From the NCBI GenBank assembly GCA_001949185.1, contig BDGG01000008.1:1488001-1552000 (forward strand): a stretch of DNA of 64,000 nucleotides, in the 5' to 3' direction. Position numbers and translations under genes: made by a program. Under the pieces are notes generated by a model, which saw only the letters and a program-made list of their open reading frames with translations, did no database searches and was not told the origin of the DNA. Below are positions 25,347-40,275 of this stretch, one piece after another. The DNA is from Ramazzottius varieornatus. Lineage: Eukaryota > Animalia > Tardigrada. Position 1 is the first letter of the stretch. Each line of letters begins with the position of its first letter.

Positions 25347-28300
25347 TAGAAAGTTTTTCCCCTAAAAAGCTTCCCGCAGAAATTTCCCCATGGAAAGCTT
25401 GACGGTCTTCTTGTAAGGTTTGTTTACAGTAAGATAGTTGCGCCAAGTTGACCATCAAAACTATAATGATGTACTGTATGTCAAGATGCACTTGAATAGT
25501 CGCACCAGGATCCATAAAAGCGCAGCTGCTGGTGTTGTGAGCGCACACCTGCACCTTGATGATGTCACCCATTATCAATACATCGTAAAGACGATAAGTT
25601 GACCCTTGCTGCATTGTCAATAACCGAGCCAGGCAGTCTAACTTAGGTGGAATTATAAAGGCTTATCGGACATTCATAAATAAATTGAAGAATTATCAGC
25701 TCCGGAAGACTAATGGCCCATTCCTCGATTTAGATGCGTTAGAGTGGATCCACGTCGCTTTTATCGGCCAAAGACTTGAGAAACGCCTAAGTAACAATCA
25801 GCGTAATTTGACATTTATACTTTGAATATAGTTTTTCATCATATCATCAAAATGTAATCAGTACTCCGACGGAATCTTGATATGGATTAACCCAGGGCGT
25901 ATATTGATTTTTCTCTTGGAGACGATTTCCACGTCGATGTACGGCAGTTTGTTTTCGGTCCGCAGTAAACAGGCCACAGCTAGTGGCTATAACAATAGCT
26001 TTGTGCACATGAGGTAAACCTTGGCATTCTTGTAATATGAAGCGGAAGATATTGACTTTGGCCAAAGGGAAAGAGTAGACTCTTCACATTATAACGAGGC
26101 CTGTCTCCCCAATAAAACCTTTTCCCGTCGCGTTTTGGGTTTCTCCTTCAATATGTACCCACTTGACAAAGTACATTCTATTTTTTCCTTCGTGGGCAAG
26201 GAATAACAGTGGAAGACCTACCAAAGAAAAAACAACGAGACGAAGGGCTTAATTCCCCTCTGTGTGTTGTAATGATCGACCACACCTATGCTTCTTCCAC
26301 CCCGCATGTCCTGGTTTGGCCATGCATATTCAGTATTGGGCAAATATACTTGACAGATGGTGGTCGGCCTGAATGTGTAACTCCAGGCACGGTTCAGAGC
26401 TATAAGGCCTAGCCACTTTGAGCCGACAATGCTGTGGCAGGGAGAGGTAAAAGGTATCAGCGAGCTGAGAAGGTTTCGGAAATACCTGGGTAAATACACA
26501 ATTAAGTGCACCCACCTATATGTTGATGGCCAGTCAGGCTGAGGACAAGTACACCTATTCATTTTCCATAACTGTCCAAATCTTGACAGAGAAGTTCGAT
26601 CGAGCCCAAAAGATGCATATCTCAAACTGAAATGTCCGACATGTGAAGTTAAGCTGCTAAATTAGCGATCTGCTTCATGTTACGGCTTTCCTGATTGGAG
26701 TACTTTCGAGTCTTGCCGATCACAATGCAATGGCGAGCAGCTATCGTAGAAGAAAGTCCTAATTCGTCTCGTGTATCCATGCTTGCTACGATTCTGTTAC
26801 TACCAGACTAAGTCGGACAGAGCAAATTTCGTGGCGTTCCCAACTGAAAAGTTTACTTTTTTTATTTTAATATTGCGGTAAAAGGGAAGAAGACGCTCTA
26901 GGTCGGAGCGAGAGAGTGTGTGGTGTTAGTCACAAGGCAGAGGACCGGTAAAATTCGGGGAACCCGGATGTGAAATGAAGTCTCGGACTCATCACCATCT
27001 GGTTGCTCGTTCTCGCAATCTTGGCAGCTATTCAAACGATAATTAAACGTGTTGATATCATCGAGCGCATATTTGAAAGATGAGCCATTCTGACCAGTCT
27101 GAGTCAAAGCTCTCCTGTGCCGTAGTGGTGGATTCCCTGTATAAAGGCACTTGGTCATGGAACGATATATCGTGGTCATGGCAGCGCGTTGACGCACTCC
27201 ACAGCCGCTGCGCAATGCCAACGAGTTGTCTGACTAAGGAGCCAAAGTAAATATGAGCTCTACGATCAAAGTTCGGGAGGATTATTACGCCGCCACTAAA
27301 TCGAGTTTGACAAACGTGCTGGCCTGCACGAAAGGTCGATGTGGGCTACGCTGAAGCACAACCCGGCAGGTGATATGTGATGTGTACCCAACAATTTACT
27401 CCGTGATACTTTATTATAGTATCGAGCACATGACATGCAACGATAAAAAATACGAGTATACATTTGGTCGTGTTAGAGTCGGACAAATGCCACCTTTCTG
27501 ATTTCTGGCAAAAACGTCGCGACATGCAGCCCATTTGTCAGGCTCATCAAAGACACCAGCAAATGATGGCGAAATTATTATGCTAATCCTCACTGACGGC
27601 CGCACAGCGGTGTCCAAGATTGTGGGACCTAATGTAATGTATGGGCATATATTTGAGAGGCTTGCTCGAACGATGGATAAGTACTAGTAGCATATTTGGC
27701 CTATCTGACATAACTCGGCTAAGCTTTATTACAGCCCTAATGCAATGTAAAGGATCGATGAAAGGGAAGAAGGGCTTTGGGAAAAGTAAAGAAATGTATT
27801 TCCCATCCATATACCGTACGAGCACTGTGTATGTATGCACGCGACCATCTTCCGCCTCCCCAGAGTGCTTCCCTCCATTTCGTGTAAGCCGGCAAAGACG
27901 GGCTGCATCCAGCCTGCATGCACCGGACATCCTCTAATATTGTAATGAATACTTATTGCTGCACGTCGACGCTTGGTGCATATTTCCCCTTCTGCGTACC
28001 TTGGCACTTGAATAATCGAGAAGAAGGACACTACAGCACCTGGATGGATGGATTAGGCACATTCTACCTCACTCCCTTCTCCTCTTTCCCACTCGTCGAT
28101 TGTCGACTAGTCAATATAATTCAGCTTCGGTCCTCGAGTACCTCATGCATTTTCGATGTTCAAGTATGAGCTCTGTAAGGTTCTCCGTGCTGTCGTATCA
28201 ATGACTTTGCAGGAGATGGACTTCCGGATAAAAACCTTAACTACCTAATTAGGTCGCTAAATTCAACCGGTAATTGTATGCCGGGGCAAATGTCAAAGAA

Positions 28301-31300
28301 ACCAATTTCAGCAAGTTACCATGCATCATCAATCCCCCCTACATATTAAAAACAGGATCGATTTGCCGAAAGTGCGGGCACGCACACACGTTCACAAAGT
28401 TAACCGGCAAGATTAAAGACTTTATCATTTCGTGCGGTCGGATTCTCCAGCTAATTTCCCCTTCGTTTCACAGCACAATATTATGATTCTCACCAAAACC
28501 TGGGATTCACCACGCATATTCTGAACCTTGAAGCCTAATCTGGTTATTTTCGCCACGTACACGCACGTGTGTTATCTTGATCTGAAGGCCACAGAGTGTT
28601 TTTCTCTCCAGATTTTCGATATTCCCTTATCGTCTTTGGAGTACGCTCTATTTACCAACAGATAGTAGCTACCAAATTTAACACGTATTATTTTGGCCTT
28701 ACATCGAGGCACATGTATTCTACTCTGCCGGCGGTTCTCGTCTGGCTGGCTGGAATGATTATGATCAGGCAATGTTTCATCAGAAGGTCCCTGGAAAGGG
28801 TGATTAAAGTCCACTGAAGAGTCACACCAGACCGAGCCAGACAGCACTTATGGCCGCGATCACCGAGGGACAACTCGTTAGCTTAATTATCGCAGGCTCA
28901 ATTATTCAAACGGGGGGTTCTCTAGTAAAGGAAGGGAGAGCTATGCAGAATGAAAGGCTAGAAGATAAGAAAAGCCATAGAAGGCAAGGCCACGAGGGAG
29001 ACCAGCTCATCCTCATCTCATCTGGTCCAAATAGCCCCCGCCACCGCCATCGTATCATTTAACAACAGCAGGCGGAGGCAATGGCAAAGGAGGAAGGAAG
29101 GAATGAAGGAAGGGCGCTGAAGGAAGGAAGACACCTCATGCAGGCAAATTTCAATGCACCCATTACACCTCGGAAAAATAGACTTTGAAGCCTCCTCTGC
29201 CATATATAAATTCAGCGAAACTATGACAGCTCTGGTATATCCTCCAGGCACGATAAATGGTCTATTCCCCTTTTGCGACCACTCTGCGCCGTCTCGAGAG
29301 ACTAGCTAGTGTTCTATAGACCTTTTAAACTCGTAAAAATTGCTTTTGCTTGTCTTGCTACTTCAGGCCAAGAGTAGTTTAAAATATGTCAGCACGAGAT
29401 GTTGAGATAGGTGCACATGTGATGTGGGGAACTCTAGAGAGCGAGAGAGACAAGAATCGAAGGACCATATCTCGTAAAAATGACATGATGCCGTTTTATC
29501 ACCTGTTTTGTCATGGACGACATAAATTTGAGGGTAATGTTTGGTAAACGTAGCGGGTTCTTGTCCCTTTTCGATAAGACGAACTATGGGCACAAGAGCC
29601 CAGCAGTGTGACAACAGCGACCTCAATATGATTGTCAGCACGTAGTATCTATAAGTGTGTTTTACTGTTGAAGTTGCTGTGCTCGCCGGCTCAACGCCGA
29701 TATCAGCCATCGCTTATCCAACTGTCAATGGTCAAGTTCTGTTTTATTCGCCCAATTTTACGGCGTGGGGCGCTGTGTCAACACTAGAGTCCTCCAGCCT
29801 GCCAGCTCTTGAGGCCTTTCCGGCTCGATTCAGACCTTCATTTCCGCACATGCACAGGGCTTGATGGGCCTTTTACCAAGGGGCTTTGCTCTTACAGTGG
29901 GGTCCCCTTTTTTATGGGCCAACAAAAAGAAGCGAGGCCAGTTTTATATGGAAAAGCCGACATCATCAAGCCTGATCACACTCGGTGCTGTAAACCACAA
30001 CGATGTTAATTATAATTTGATTAGCATAACGCTGGCAACGATGCTTTAATACCATCGATTAATTCGATTTTCCATGCTTGAACTGCTTAGCTCGGCCATT
30101 CCGCTCCTTTCCGCTCCCTCCTTGCCCGGTAATCCGATCCAGCCTCGCCAGCAAATTCCCCATGGCTTCTGGCTATACTATCAAGCAGTACATGCCGGTA
30201 CGAGGCAGCAAGCAGCATACAGATATTAACGGTGCTGCTCTTCGACCAGGCAATAGCAATCAATCAAGCGTGAACCCACACGCCTTTCGTCCAATCAGCA
30301 TTCCACACACGTCGCTCTCTACCACTTTCCCCACAATGCGAGATGGCAAGCCACGAGGAGTTTTGAATGCTCTGCAGCCGGTCAGGGCCCCGAAAAACTC
30401 CCACTGAAACATCACACAAGAATATTTCACTGGACATAGACAGTTTTTCGAGTCGAATATCCTCGAGAACCGGAAACTCCTGCGGTCCGCCGCGCCGAAA
30501 ACCATTAAAGTATGTAAAGACAACGGTATGACAAGCGTTTATTCTTGATATAATAAAATGCAGGCGAAACAATCTTTTGAAAGGTGGAAACTCGAAATAA
30601 TTTGCGGAGAAGTCACAGAACGGGAAACTAAAGAAGAGATTTATTCTCGGTGTGGGAAAAATCTCTTACCTTGGAGGGTTCGTGGCTCGTAAAGGCCAGA
30701 TTCGTAGACGTTAGATGTTGAGCCAAGGACCAGCTGCCTGATACAAGCTGGGGGGAATACACTTGACCAGTTTTACTGCTGAAAAAATCCAAATGTGGAA
30801 TTGGGAACCGCTGTCACGGGCAAGCCGCGAAGTCCCAAAACCAAAATTGCACGGTGTACCATATGCCTTGCCATCGGAATGTGTATTAGGGCCAATGACT
30901 CCGCCCACGCTCCGCCTTGTAAACAGTTGAGCTCATATTTATTTTATCGTACCGGCACACTGCGCCGAGCAAGCAGCTGATCGGCACTCGGTCGGAGTCA
31001 CTCCACTTCACCCAGCCAGCTGAGCCAGTTTTGCCATACAGTACACCATCGTACCATTCGGCTGTGGCATATTTAAACGGCCTTGCTATTCCGGCAGCAG
31101 TGCAGCTTCTCCATCATTTCTCCTCTCCTCCATTCTTCGGATATTTTCTGATTCCTTCACCGGCTTAAAAGTCCCAAAGAGTCTCCTCGAGCCGTTGCCC
31201 ATATCTGCTTTGCCCATCGTGCATTCTGTCCCACCGCGGGCCTCGATCGCGCATCTGATGGATCATTGCGAAGCGGCGCTACTGTGTTGAGATTTATTAC

Positions 31301-31416
31301 TGGAAGCGGCGCTTAACATCGGCCTGAAGGAGATCTACACTTGCTTGTACGGAACCTTTCGCTCAATTCATTTTGCTCTTACAATCTCTACCTTTCATCG
31401 ACGAAAATTTATTGAC

Positions 31417-34400
31417 ATGCCCGAGATGGACTCTACTTCCAACTCTAACTGTAGCTATTCTTCCTCCAGCAGCGGCGCAGCCGACTCGGACAACTCGCTG
31501 ATGGCTGCGGCTGTCCCGTCCAGCGGCGGAACGTCCACCCGTAAGCGGAAAGCGGCGGAGCGTGAAGCAGTCGTGGCTGCGTCAACCGCCTCCATCGTTT
31601 TTGGAAGTTTTACCGTGGAGAAAGCCAGTCCGACGCCGTACAGCGACGCTACCAAGTGCAAAAAACTGGTGAAACATGTTAAAAGACCGATGAATGGTAA
31701 GTGTTGCTTGTTGCGCGTGCTTGTGCGGGTAGTAGGTACCCAGGAACGAGTAGGCAATCAAGGAACCTGGCGCGAGCCCAATAATCGCCTTCATTATAAT
31801 TGACACTGTGGACCTGTCCTGTCCGCTTTCATTTTCTTGTCAGGCCTAACTGGCACTGCCGAGCAAGGCTTATCAGTCATCAGGGCCAGGTTCCTTAATC
31901 ACCCACGTCCTACATGCAAGTACCCACCCTGCAACGGGACCACAGAGCCGCTCAACGGGTTTATTCTGGCTATTTCCGTCACTCGACTCGCGTGAGTCAA
32001 AGCGAAGCCAGCAACTTTCCGAGCGTGCGCGAAAAACAGCCCGCTCGAGTAGCCAAACTTCTTGGTCAAGGGCCTCCGCACCAGCAATTCAAGTTCAATG
32101 CGAACATGCTTCCGAGAACACTGTCGAGAGCTGTGAACGAGAACAGTACTGACGGTCAGAACGCTTTTCCGCGGAGAATGGCCGAAAAGGTAGAAACTCC
32201 GACCCTGATCAAGTGGCGCACCGATATCCGACCTCCATCAAATGGCGCACTGCGCTTTTCCGAATAATGTCAGCTTTTGCGAGATGCCGCTGCCTGCAGG
32301 CATGTCCGTTCCGCTCATTGAGATTGGGGTAGGCTTTGAGCCTACTCACAGATATGTTAGCCCAAGTCGTAGTGGAAGTGGGTAGGAGTAGCTCTACTTG
32401 TGCTAATTATACCTCGGAGTGTTTAATGGGTTCTGTTGCTGATTGATTTGAGCTGAAATTTAACTGTACAAGCAGGCCGGACTGCAGATGCATGTTTTTC
32501 TTGAAGAAGTCGCCCTGTTTCTACTGGTTCGGAAAGAAGATGGATTGGTAGCAGACGGCGCTCGGCGCAGACATTCAAGGCTCATAGAATGAGTGTTGGA
32601 ATAAATTACACGTCCAAACTCTCACATGCAAACACAACGTCCGTTACAAATAGCCCACGTTGCCTTGGATGTAGAACCCAAAAAACACCAGCACTTTTTG
32701 CTTCACTGCTTATGATTGACTGATATTTTGGCAGAAGAAAGCAGAGGTGAAAAAAGAGGAAGTTATCACGTTTTTCTAAGCGTATGCATTGATAGCCGGC
32801 CGGCTGGTTTTCGTCAGCTTGATTTGACAGCCGGGCTTGATTGACAGCTTCTGTTGACGATGTTGATCACATTGAATTTTTTAATCCACACGAAACTCAG
32901 GGTTGCAATTTATCGTTGGAAAACGGTGGAGTTGAGAAGTTCGCAGCAGTTGTTTGATTGGCATGAGGTTGATTGATGTTTGGCCGTAATATTGTTTGTC
33001 GATTGCGTTGGACTGTCAGTGTGAATTGCAGCGGCAGTTGTTGAACTGTGGATATTGGGATAAGATATGGCTTGTGTACTTGAATGTGAGCCTACGGTCG
33101 GGAGGCTTTTATGAGCTTGTGGAACGGCTATCGGCCAAAGGAAGGTCCAAGCTGACATGTTGGACGGTGGTTAACCGATTAACAGTGAACCTACAGCGCG
33201 GCTATAACGGCCAACAATATAAATAACGAGGTGTAACCTGCTCTCATGTCTTCTCTTCTTGTTCTTGCAGCATTTATGGTCTGGTCGCAGATCGAGCGGC
33301 GCAAGATCACGCAAAACAAGCCGGACATGCACAATGCGGAAATCAGCAAGAACTTGGGAGCACGCTGGAAGACATTGGGCGAAGAGGACAAGCAGCCTTA
33401 CATTGAGGAAGCGGAACGCCTGCGTGTCCTCCACATGCAAGAGTACCCCGACTAGTAAGTGAAACTGATCCACCCAACCCGCTTGAAAATAGCACTGGGT
33501 CGCCACGGTGCTTCAGGTTGCCTCACATGGTAACGCATGAAAACCCAGAATAATATTTAGTTTTCCTGAAGTACTTTGCTGATTGGAGTGAACCTTTCTC
33601 TATGTGTAGCAAGAGCATGTACGAGTGGACGAACCTCAAGGGGGTTTTCCAACCACTGGAAAAGCGTGGGATAATAGTTGGGGTTTTGGACTGAGTTTAC
33701 AGAGTGTAACTTTGAAGTTGCTCTTGTATGCCAGCTTGGCTGATGTTTTACAAGGCGAACGAGATTGTGTCGGATAGTGCACCGTAGGATATAAGTGCAT
33801 GAAATATATCTTGATGCCTAAGCTGGCAGCCATGTAAAGTTGAGGCAGAGGCGACGCTAAAAAGTCACTTATTGATGGACGAGAGGATATTACAATCTGG
33901 TGATAAATGCATTTTTAACGATGCTTTGACTCTTTCAGGACAGTGCATATTGTGACGTATTCTACATACTGCAGGCAGGCCCGCATAGTCGAGAAGAAGA
34001 GCAGCTCAACTCACGAGATGTAAATTTTTGTGAGGAGGGATATTATAACGAGACACAGAAGCCTCCTTATGTAAATACGCCAGGCCGAAATCGCACAAAT
34101 CTTGTTGCAACCAATTACGATGAACGATGCACCATTAGCCAGTAACGACTAGCAATCTTCCTCTCGCAAAAAGGTCAATACACACGAGGAACGGAGGAAG
34201 TTTCAAGAGATGATGCATACGCATGCCCACACGTTATTACCCCCCACCAAAACGAACCTCATATCCCGTACTTCCGCTTCCGAACAAATTAAATGCCAAA
34301 TGACTTCTTGCACATCGATTTAATCTGGTAACGAGCTCGGATGGCGTCATCGCCAGGTGGAATGTCGGACGGGATAATAGACTAATGAGAGGATCCGTGG

Positions 34401-36142
34401 CTGTTTTTACCCCCTAGTCGATCTTCCTGCAATTATCGACATACTTCTTCTTCTCAGAATTTCCTACATATATTTTCTGAAGACCGTTTTCTCAGGAGAA
34501 AATACTCGGACACTGTTCGCTCGTCTCCCATATTATTCCGCCCATATCATTTTCAATATTATTCGCAAAATTGGACGTCGTCAAATAAAATTATACCCAG
34601 AACGTTGTGTTAGGTGGCGCACCTTCTCAGGCAATAGCAATGATGAGGTGCGTCACTTGAAGCAACGATCTGGGTACAATCATTTGCCAACGTCCCATAT
34701 TTTACCAAGTCGATTTTCTTTGCTTCGCAAGATTTTCTGATTAACTGTGTGCCTTTCTTCCTTGCAGTAAGTATCGTCCACGGAAGAAGGCCAAGCGGGA
34801 AGACACGCCGAGCTCGGTGGGTTCTTCGGAGCACATCCCGCAGCGGACCAGCCCGCGACCGTTGAAGCAGAAGGAAATGAAGCAAGAGCCCGGCCTGATC
34901 CTGCAAGCCATTACTCCTTTGGTGGCTTCTCCACGCTCGGCGGGTGACCAGGTGTTAGCACGGTCAAACTCCACGGGGCCGCGTTTAAAGTTTAAATTCT
35001 GCCTAAACGACAGTAACGATCGCTCGGTAATGGAACATTTGGCCACCAAAGGCTTTGCCGCCACCGCTGTGCTGGCTAATCAGACTGGCCAATCGGGGCT
35101 ACCTTCCATCAACTTCATCTCCTCCGCCATATCATCTTCGGCATCCTCATCCACCGCCTCGGACCATTTCAGCTTCTCCGACAGCCCGTTGGCCCAAGTG
35201 CCGGCCAGCCCCGGCTTCTCCAGCACCTGCTCGCTCTCTTCCCACAGTGGTGAATCCATGACGTCGGAAGGGGCTTCGCTCAGTCCGCTACCAAGTGCTC
35301 AAACTTTGGCCACTTTTGGTCCAGCTTCACAAACGGTAAGCATCTTCAAACTGATCACAAAGTATGGCCCGCCTTTAGTAGAAATCAAGGTAGTGTCAAC
35401 CGGCGCTTACCGGACCGGACACCGGGTTTCTACTCCGGCGTACTATTCTTTTGAACAAATCCTAGAAATCAGTATTATTTGACTTTCGGATTACTTTCGG
35501 ATTTTTTTGAAATTATACAATTAAAGGCGACTGTTTTGGAACTGATCGCATGATAAGAGATCCCGGGATAAAATAATTCCGTCTTTCGCGAAAGTAACCT
35601 TGGAAGAGTGATGGATTAGGGTGATTGAAGAACCATGAAAGTTCTTCCTTGACGCATATGCTGATTTCGGGTCTTTGGTTTATTGACAGGCATTTCCCAG
35701 CGAAGTCAGTGATATTGAGCGACTGTTGATCAGTATTTCAGACGGGAGTAGTGGGACAGATACGGGTATGAGCTCGGGACGGAGCAGCTGCAGCGAACTG
35801 CTGGTCCCCAAGGAGGAGTACCCGGCCTGTTATGTCGATTTGGATTATGAAAAAATTCTGGACTTGTTGGACAGTCCCGACACGGCATCATGGGACCAGT
35901 GTGGTTCAGGTGGTGAAACCATGATTGGCAGCTGGAGCCCCAATATGTACGGCGACTATGGCGGCCAGCATGGCTTCCAGCACAACGGACCCGCCTGTGA
36001 TATGGTCGGTGCCACCAGCCTCTCAAGTGCCTCCATGAGCAGCAGCTGCACCTCGGCATCCTCTGGATCAATCTTTGAGTTCCCCGATTACCGCTCACCA
36101 GGTTCGTCGAATCTCAGTATAACAACTTCTCCATTCCGATGA
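31417..36142 (+). CDS. SoxC: SoxC-group HMG-box transcription factor (Sox4/11/12; Drosophila Sox14-like), exons 31417-31696, 33271-33454, 34768-35335, 35690-36142
   Basis: Spliced HMG box [43 protein letters not shown]...[23 protein letters not shown]. Upstream TPYSDAT and the C-terminal SoxC motif GSIFEFPDY are present. All junctions are GT-AG and in frame. Confidence 0.95.
34573..34695. mobile_element. Palindromic MITE-like family copy 2 (SoxC intron 2)
   Basis: ggacgtcgtcaaat...tacccagaacgttg..gtggcgcac-N25-gtgcgtcac..caacgatctgggta...atttgccaacgtcc. Confidence 0.75.
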
Positions 36143-37971
36143 AATTTATGACCAAGCAATCGCAGAAAAATGGTCAAATAGAAATATTGTTCGATTAAAT
36201 ACTGTAGAAAAATTGTGAGCTTAAAGTAGGTCGAGGTCAAAATCATGCGAAATATCGTAGAAAAATAATGTGAAATGATTAACTTGTGGGCTTTTTTCAC
36301 GCTGTAATCTCAATTCTGTAATCGTGAGCGTTGAAAGCTGAGTGTGGGATTCTGTCTCTAGAAGGTTCGGCCTTGTTGGAAAGCGAATGGCTGCAAGGAC
36401 AAACTCAACCTCAGCCTACGGCACAGCAGCAGCAGCAGACTTCGGCACAAAATGGCCTTCTTTCCGCTCATTGATGATTGAAAAGCAGAGTCCTCTACGT
36501 AGCCAGAGTTCGAGTTGTGTACAAAGTTTTTTTCTTTCATATTTCATACCTTTTAAAAACTGGCAGCCTTCCTCTTCCCCCTTTCTCTTCAATTCTTCGA
36601 CGAAAGCTCTAGAGGACTTGATTTTGATGTTGTGAGACTGTGCATTGAACGACAGAAGCAGACTTTATATCCCTCTCTTACTCGACTTGGTGGACGAATA
36701 TTCAGTACATATGTGGAATATACTCGGTTATTGACATACTGGTATATGGACGGAACTGGTGGACGCTTGACTGGCTGATTGATTGACTGGTGCTGGGAAA
36801 CAAGGAGGAAGGAGCGAGAGGATCGAGGAAGGAAGTGGAAGGATTCACTCGACTGTCACAGGCAGCACAACTGTGTGATATTTCTCTCCCTCTCGCCAAT
36901 GTGTCCATTATGGCAGACCCGAGCTCTGGTCATCAACGTCGGAATGGAGGGATGGATGGATTGAACAAACCAAATCTTGTGCTCAAAGGACACCGAAGAT
37001 GTTAGGTTGGTTTTCCCTCTTGTTTATTATCTACACAGTTGGCTTCTGATTTGCTGAAAACTGAAAAAAAATTCTTTTCAATTCCGAAATCTTTTTTTTC
37101 ATCGTTTTTTGATTCAACATTTTTTTCTTGTTTTGTCTCTCGCTTGGTACACATCACCTTTTTCTACTTTTCCCTCCTCAGTAAGAATCCGACGACAGTT
37201 CGCGAACACTGAAGACTGTTTTTCCAGATAAAGTATGAAAAGTTTTCCGTTTAGGTGGGATAGTTTTCTGCTTTAATCCAGGCTTCAGAATGTGACGTCG
37301 GTTTTTCGGAATCTGTCTTTGAGAAACTCCGGAGAGACTTGGTGGAGATAATGTGAGGACTGTTTTTGGAATCCATATCATTAAACAAGCGCTACTTGAG
37401 AAGGGCACGCCGTCAAAGACAAGTGGCGTTGATATTATTATTATTATTATTTGCTGAAATATTTGTGTGTGTGTGGACGTGGTGGAATACTTTCGGTGTC
37501 TCAAGCTTTTTCTCCAATTGCTACAGCTTCTTCAATCTGTGCCACATTATGAGTTCAGATAGTTGTGGTGGCGGAATAGAGCTGCAACGGGTGTTGTGTT
37601 ACGGCGTGCGGTGACTGCGGCCTTCAGGTTTCCTCCACAGCAATCTTCGCTGATGACATACCCACTACAGCTGCAGTTCGCTGAACACTTTGACCGGAGC
37701 TATTTTTCTCTCAGCGCGCTGACGCAAGCACCGACCAACGAGATAAGGACCATCATTTGGAGCCAATTGGAAAAACAAATTAGCAGCCTGCTTCGACCAT
37801 TAACCCACCATAAAATACTCCCCACACTTGCTTGAGAGGACATTAAGACTAGAACCTAGCACTCCCTCTCCTGACTTTCCACCGTACAGGAATCCCTGTA
37901 TCGGAAAAAAATTAGTTTCGGAATGTGCGGAAGACTTCCTTATCCAATATCCTGAATATTTAATCCATTTA

Positions 37972-38090
37972 GAGCTCGGCAAACGAACTCGACCAGATCG
38001 ACTTTTCCAGTGGTGCACGTTTCCAGCGAATTTGGCTGGAAGTGTGCGTCGCTTGGGAAAACAATCTGGTCGAGTCTGTTTTGCGAGCTC
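37972..38090. mobile_element. Palindromic MITE-like family copy 3
   Basis: gagctcggcaaacgaactcgaccagatcg..gtggtgcac-N25-gtgcgtcgc..caatctggtcgagt..tttgcgagctc. Confidence 0.8.
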
Positions 38091-40167
38091 CCACCGATGT
38101 TTTTCCCTATCGATTTGCTTATTCGAAAGAACACTGACTGTCTTTCAGTTATGTATTTTTCATGAAGGGGAAATTGCAAGGCCGAATGCTCCATAAATAA
38201 ATGTAAAGTGGTTGGAGGTCACGAGTTCTTCGACATAAATTGTAGCTTGGCCTAGCTTGGATCAGAAAGCCGGCTTTCGGAAAATTAAATTCGAGCAAGT
38301 GGATGCTCGAGAGTTGACTGATGGATAATTCCCGGGCTGTGCCATCGCCACGCCATATGCGTGTGATTCTCATTTAGCTTCAAGGTCGCGGCCACCGAGC
38401 AATGCTGAGCTATAGAGCAATTCTGATGGATGGCTTGTCCTCTCCTGACACAATCACTCTCCTATTGTACGGGCTCCTTTTTCAATCTCTTCTAATCTCC
38501 CTCTCTTGCAAGAACAATACCGCTCCTTTTCGCCTGAATGCTAGTTAGCAGCAGCTTGGATGGTTATATTTATAACTTATGGCTCTGTTATTAAGCAGCG
38601 ATGCCGTCCGGTGTCAGGCTCCGCTATATAGTTGCTCGTTCCAGCTTCCCGCAGGCCATAATACAGGCCCAGCATGCATTATACCAGTAAGCTGTCTGAA
38701 GACCGGGGAACAGCACTGGCCAGTACGGCGCCTACGCAGTGATAAATTGAACCTTCATAGCGCTTCCGGACTTTCTCAAATTTCCCTCATTACAGTATAT
38801 CCACCGGTTGAGGTTTTCACCTAAGAGAAGTACCGAAGACTCGGCAAACCATTTTTTACTGTTCATTTCTCACGTGGATTAAATTAATGGACTTTCTGAG
38901 GCTTGACGTTTCCTCGTGTGTTGTAAGCGCGTCTCGAGTGTCACGAAGATGTCCACAGCTCAAGTGCAAAGTGGAATGTCGAGTGGACAGGTTTCTCGAC
39001 GAGATTCCTGGCCGTGTCTGTTGGTCAAGTGGACTATTCCCCGTCGAAGCGTTAAGCAGTCTCGTCAGCTGCATTTATGCGGAACCAAGCATGCGCATCT
39101 TCTTATCAGTCTTTTCTTCTGTCACCCATCTCCCCTTCAAATCATGCACTTTTGTAGGGTTCTGTGCAGCATCAGCCCGATTAATCAAGTCTTTAATGAG
39201 GCTTCCATCATCGGCACGTTTGTCAAGGATGTGGTACCCTGCTGTGTCAGCTCGATCTGCTCGGTACAGCGCGCAATTAATCAAGAACCTGGCTGCAAGG
39301 CAAGCTTCATGCTGTATATATACCAGGGTCCATTATTATGAGCAATGTCTTTTTAATTTCTTGTAAGCTTCACCGACACTGTCAGCAGCACACTGGGCCT
39401 CATAATAGACTTCCGCGCCATGGCAAAGATTGTCTTTCTCGACGATGATGATCAACCTTTTGCAGAAAAGAGGCCTGTATAGCCCAGCCTTGTCAGCATT
39501 CAAGTGCTTACATGTGTACATGGCAATTGATCGTCCTCTAATGATCAGTCATCAGCCTTTTTATTGTTGACCGACTTTGCAGGAAAAATTATACATCTTT
39601 GCCTCGCTTTTACACAGAAATGCAACCGGGTCCTTTTAAAGTGGAAGTCCGTTGTATCCATCGTAAAAACGAGGAAAACGACCTTTGCTTTTGACAAATA
39701 GGCCAGTCAAAGCCGGCTTTACGACCGATCGTAACCATCATTACGGTAAAGACGCTTCCTCAACGCTCTCGTGCATTTCTCCCGGTGCAATGATGCAACA
39801 CATGATCGCTGAGCGATTCGAGAGACTTGTGTTTTCGTTCTTCGTTTTCCGACAGCCAAGAATGCCGGTACTTGTCTTGTTAGGGACCACCAACCGAGAG
39901 TGCGGGACGGTAAGAAGAACCAGGAAAGTGGCTGATCGTTGGACTGCTTGGAGAGTAGCAGTGCAAAAGCCCACGCCGTATTTGTCGATCAGCTTGTATA
40001 GAGCAATCGATGGTCATAAAAGCCGGCCTAACGTACCCATCGGTTAGGTTTGAAGCCGCTCAGAACGCCGCATTCAACGGAGGATTATTGTCTAACCACA
40101 GCTCGTTCTTCAGGTTTCCAAGTATTGTAGACGCCTTCCAGCAGGAGTCGTCCTGAAAAATATACAT

Positions 40168-40275
40168 TGCGAGCAAATCAGCTGAAACCAGATTGTTTTT
40201 CCAGGTGGCGCACGCTGTCATTGTTCTTGGCTGATAGTGGCGCGGGAAACAATCTGGTTCGAGTCATTTGCCCAC
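40168..40275. mobile_element. Palindromic MITE-like family copy 4
   Basis: gagcaaat..aaccagattgttt..gtggcgcac gctgtcattgttcttggctg..aaacaatctggtt..atttgccca. Confidence 0.7.

Noticed and set aside
17000-31300. Numerous 60-160 aa ORFs in the upstream desert
   Set aside because: They have no recognisable domains or consistent exon chains and are compatible with chance.
32210-32255. Two TGGCGCAC motifs in SoxC intron 1
   Set aside because: They are in direct, not inverted, orientation with no element ends, so they cannot be assigned to the family.
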